A stretch of 34,772 nucleotides of DNA from contig JAUCBJ010001415.1 in the NCBI GenBank assembly GCA_032718475.1, forward strand, positions 1-34,772, given 5' to 3'. A program made the position numbers and the translations under genes. Positions within the stretch are counted from its first letter, which is position 1; the number at the start of each line of letters is the position of its first letter. This DNA comes from Nemertoderma westbladi (taxonomy: Eukaryota; Animalia; Xenacoelomorpha). Below, in pieces: positions 32,809 to 34,772 of the stretch. A model generated the notes under the pieces. It saw nothing but the letters and a program-made list of their open reading frames with translations, ran no database searches and had not been told where the DNA came from.

Positions 32809-34772
32809 TTTTCCCTCTCTTTGATTTACTGGTGTTTGGTTAAATCTCTTAGATACCGAGTTTGTGATACAGTAGAATCGCTCACTATTAATCTGTATCT
32901 CATAACTGAACCTCGTGCTGCACGAAGGCCCCACGACGTGTCAATATACGTATTTACGGTATCTGAATCATTGTGTTGTGATGAAATCCTCTGATAACAA
33001 ACAAAGATGTTAAATACGATTATTCGAATAACTGCGGTAAATAGCACCTAATAACTCTGAATCGCAATAATGTTAAAGGCAATATCTCTGAGTCGTCCAA
33101 CCGCGGTCCCTGGATATCCCAACAATGCTGCATACTGTGTTGTATATCCTGTGGCCCAATCTTATTGCAACTAAAACTTCGATTGGCAGGTGACAGGATC
33201 GCGATTGACTGTTACGTACAGGAGGCATCGTGAGTGGTACGGAACTGTGTGGATCGTTATAGAGTAACGGCGGTATTGTGTATGATTACTGCGGGATTAG
33301 CCCCGTGTGAGGCAGGCACCTGCGTGCCGGGATCCGTGGTTTCAGCTTGCCAACCCCCCCCCCCCCCCCCCCCCCCCCCCCTTTTATTCTATCGCCGGTC
33401 ACGGTTGCCTGATCTGGGGATATAAGTCCCCCCACTACAATCATCACAGCCAAATTGAATTATAGAAACAAATTAGAATAATTTCGGTAGTTGCATTTTC
33501 AATGGTTCAATATGAATTCGATTGGTTGGTTATGCAAATTTATAAGATACCCACATTGTAATATGTACTATGTTTGTACCAAATTGCTTTCACGCTTTTT
33601 CTGGGTCTAGCTGTGACGTGACTTGGTTGGCGTTTGTTTCGCTAAACCTGGCTAACATCGGTAAACAGTCTCCAGGGGCGCTGCACGTGACTCATTTTCT
33701 TAAATATTGTTATCCTGGCACGACGGACTTTCATACCATCTCAATTTCTTTTAAGACATCTCTTCATCCTATCGGGTATTGCTATATGTCCCTTCCGTAC
33801 CAACTTCTATTTCACTTGCGTTCAATGTGCGCCACCATCTGAAGTGCTGATAAGTTGCCATTTTGTAACATAATTATTGGTACAGCTCTCGTATCAATCC
33901 TCGCGTTAATACGGATATACTGCGGTTACTGTAGCCATAGCAACAAGCTAGTTATATGGAGGGACCACTTCCACAACTAATTCCTTATCCTAGCAGCAGG
34001 GGAAGTAACATTCATTCACTAAAAGGGGTTGATTACTACGGTTGTGGCACTTATATTACCATGAAATGCATTAGGATTGCATCAATTCCTGGTGGTACCC
34101 CTTAGAAAGTGCGCCACGGTATTCCGACCTCAGATGGCGACTTATTTCGGGAGGCTGGAAGTTAAACAGATCGTTCCTTTCTGGTCCGCAGAGATGCATA
34201 CTATGACGTTGGGAACCCACTTTTATCGTGCGGTTCATTAAGCTAGTTGGGAGGAGAAGCTTGTCTATTTGTTTTTATTGGATATTGAAACACTTTAATG
34301 CTCCTTTAGTTATCTGCACTGGAATTGACAGAAAGTGGTCCTATTCATTTTATTACTCAAGTAACCTTTGGATCTCTGTTACCAGTTACCACTAATTAAT
34401 AATCGTCCTACCCTTATGTAAAATAAATTATATATATTCAATATACGTTTTGTATCAATTAACACACAGAATGTCACACCAAACTGTAATTTGATCATTC
34501 ATTTGAAGATAATTAAAAATGTTACTTTAGGTAATTCACTTAATGACACTCATATTACTTGGTGTGAAATGTACTTATAATGAGAAGAATAAGTTAAATG
34601 TGATGGTTGCATCAACCACCTTATTCTGTATCATATTATTATAAGATGAAACCTGACCGGGACTTGGGATCCCAATGGTGAAGTTTTTATGACAAGTCCG
34701 ACGTTAAAAGCACCGCAGTATCATTACATTTACACGCAAGCAAAGCAATCAGCAATATGTAGGAAATTCAAT

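Noticed and set aside
33560-34260. Coding-like, moderately GC-rich segment
   Set aside because: No sustained frame or recognisable motif, and no match to the expected next SNAP-25 exon (EQL..IEEGMD.IN.DM).

Overview
AT-rich, repeat-dense animal genomic DNA (invertebrate-like; taxon not determinable here). The window holds two divergently oriented, intron-split genes that the ORF track largely misses. On the minus strand is a CATSPERB-like gene for the sperm Ca2+ channel auxiliary subunit, with four phase-compatible coding exons (9510-9274, 4989-3488, 3193-2896, 338-138; about 745 aa). On the plus strand are the first three coding exons of a SNAP-25-family gene (14165-14287, 17665-17706, 27012-27060), which continues beyond the window. 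Introns and the intergenic region hold RTE-type LINE fragments from at least two families and several non-autonomous DNA elements: a hAT element with an 8-bp TSD, an inverted-repeat element with an AT TSD that splits an RTE, and a foldback element carrying an RTE. Large minisatellites (17, 20, 22, 27, 31, 33, 37 bp units) generate most of the long spurious ORFs. The most striking signal is at 31501-31572: a complete hammerhead ribozyme core whose cleavage strand lies inside loop II, plus an extra 11-bp helix. This topology is not type I, II or III, and the motif lies sense to the SNAP-25 transcript.
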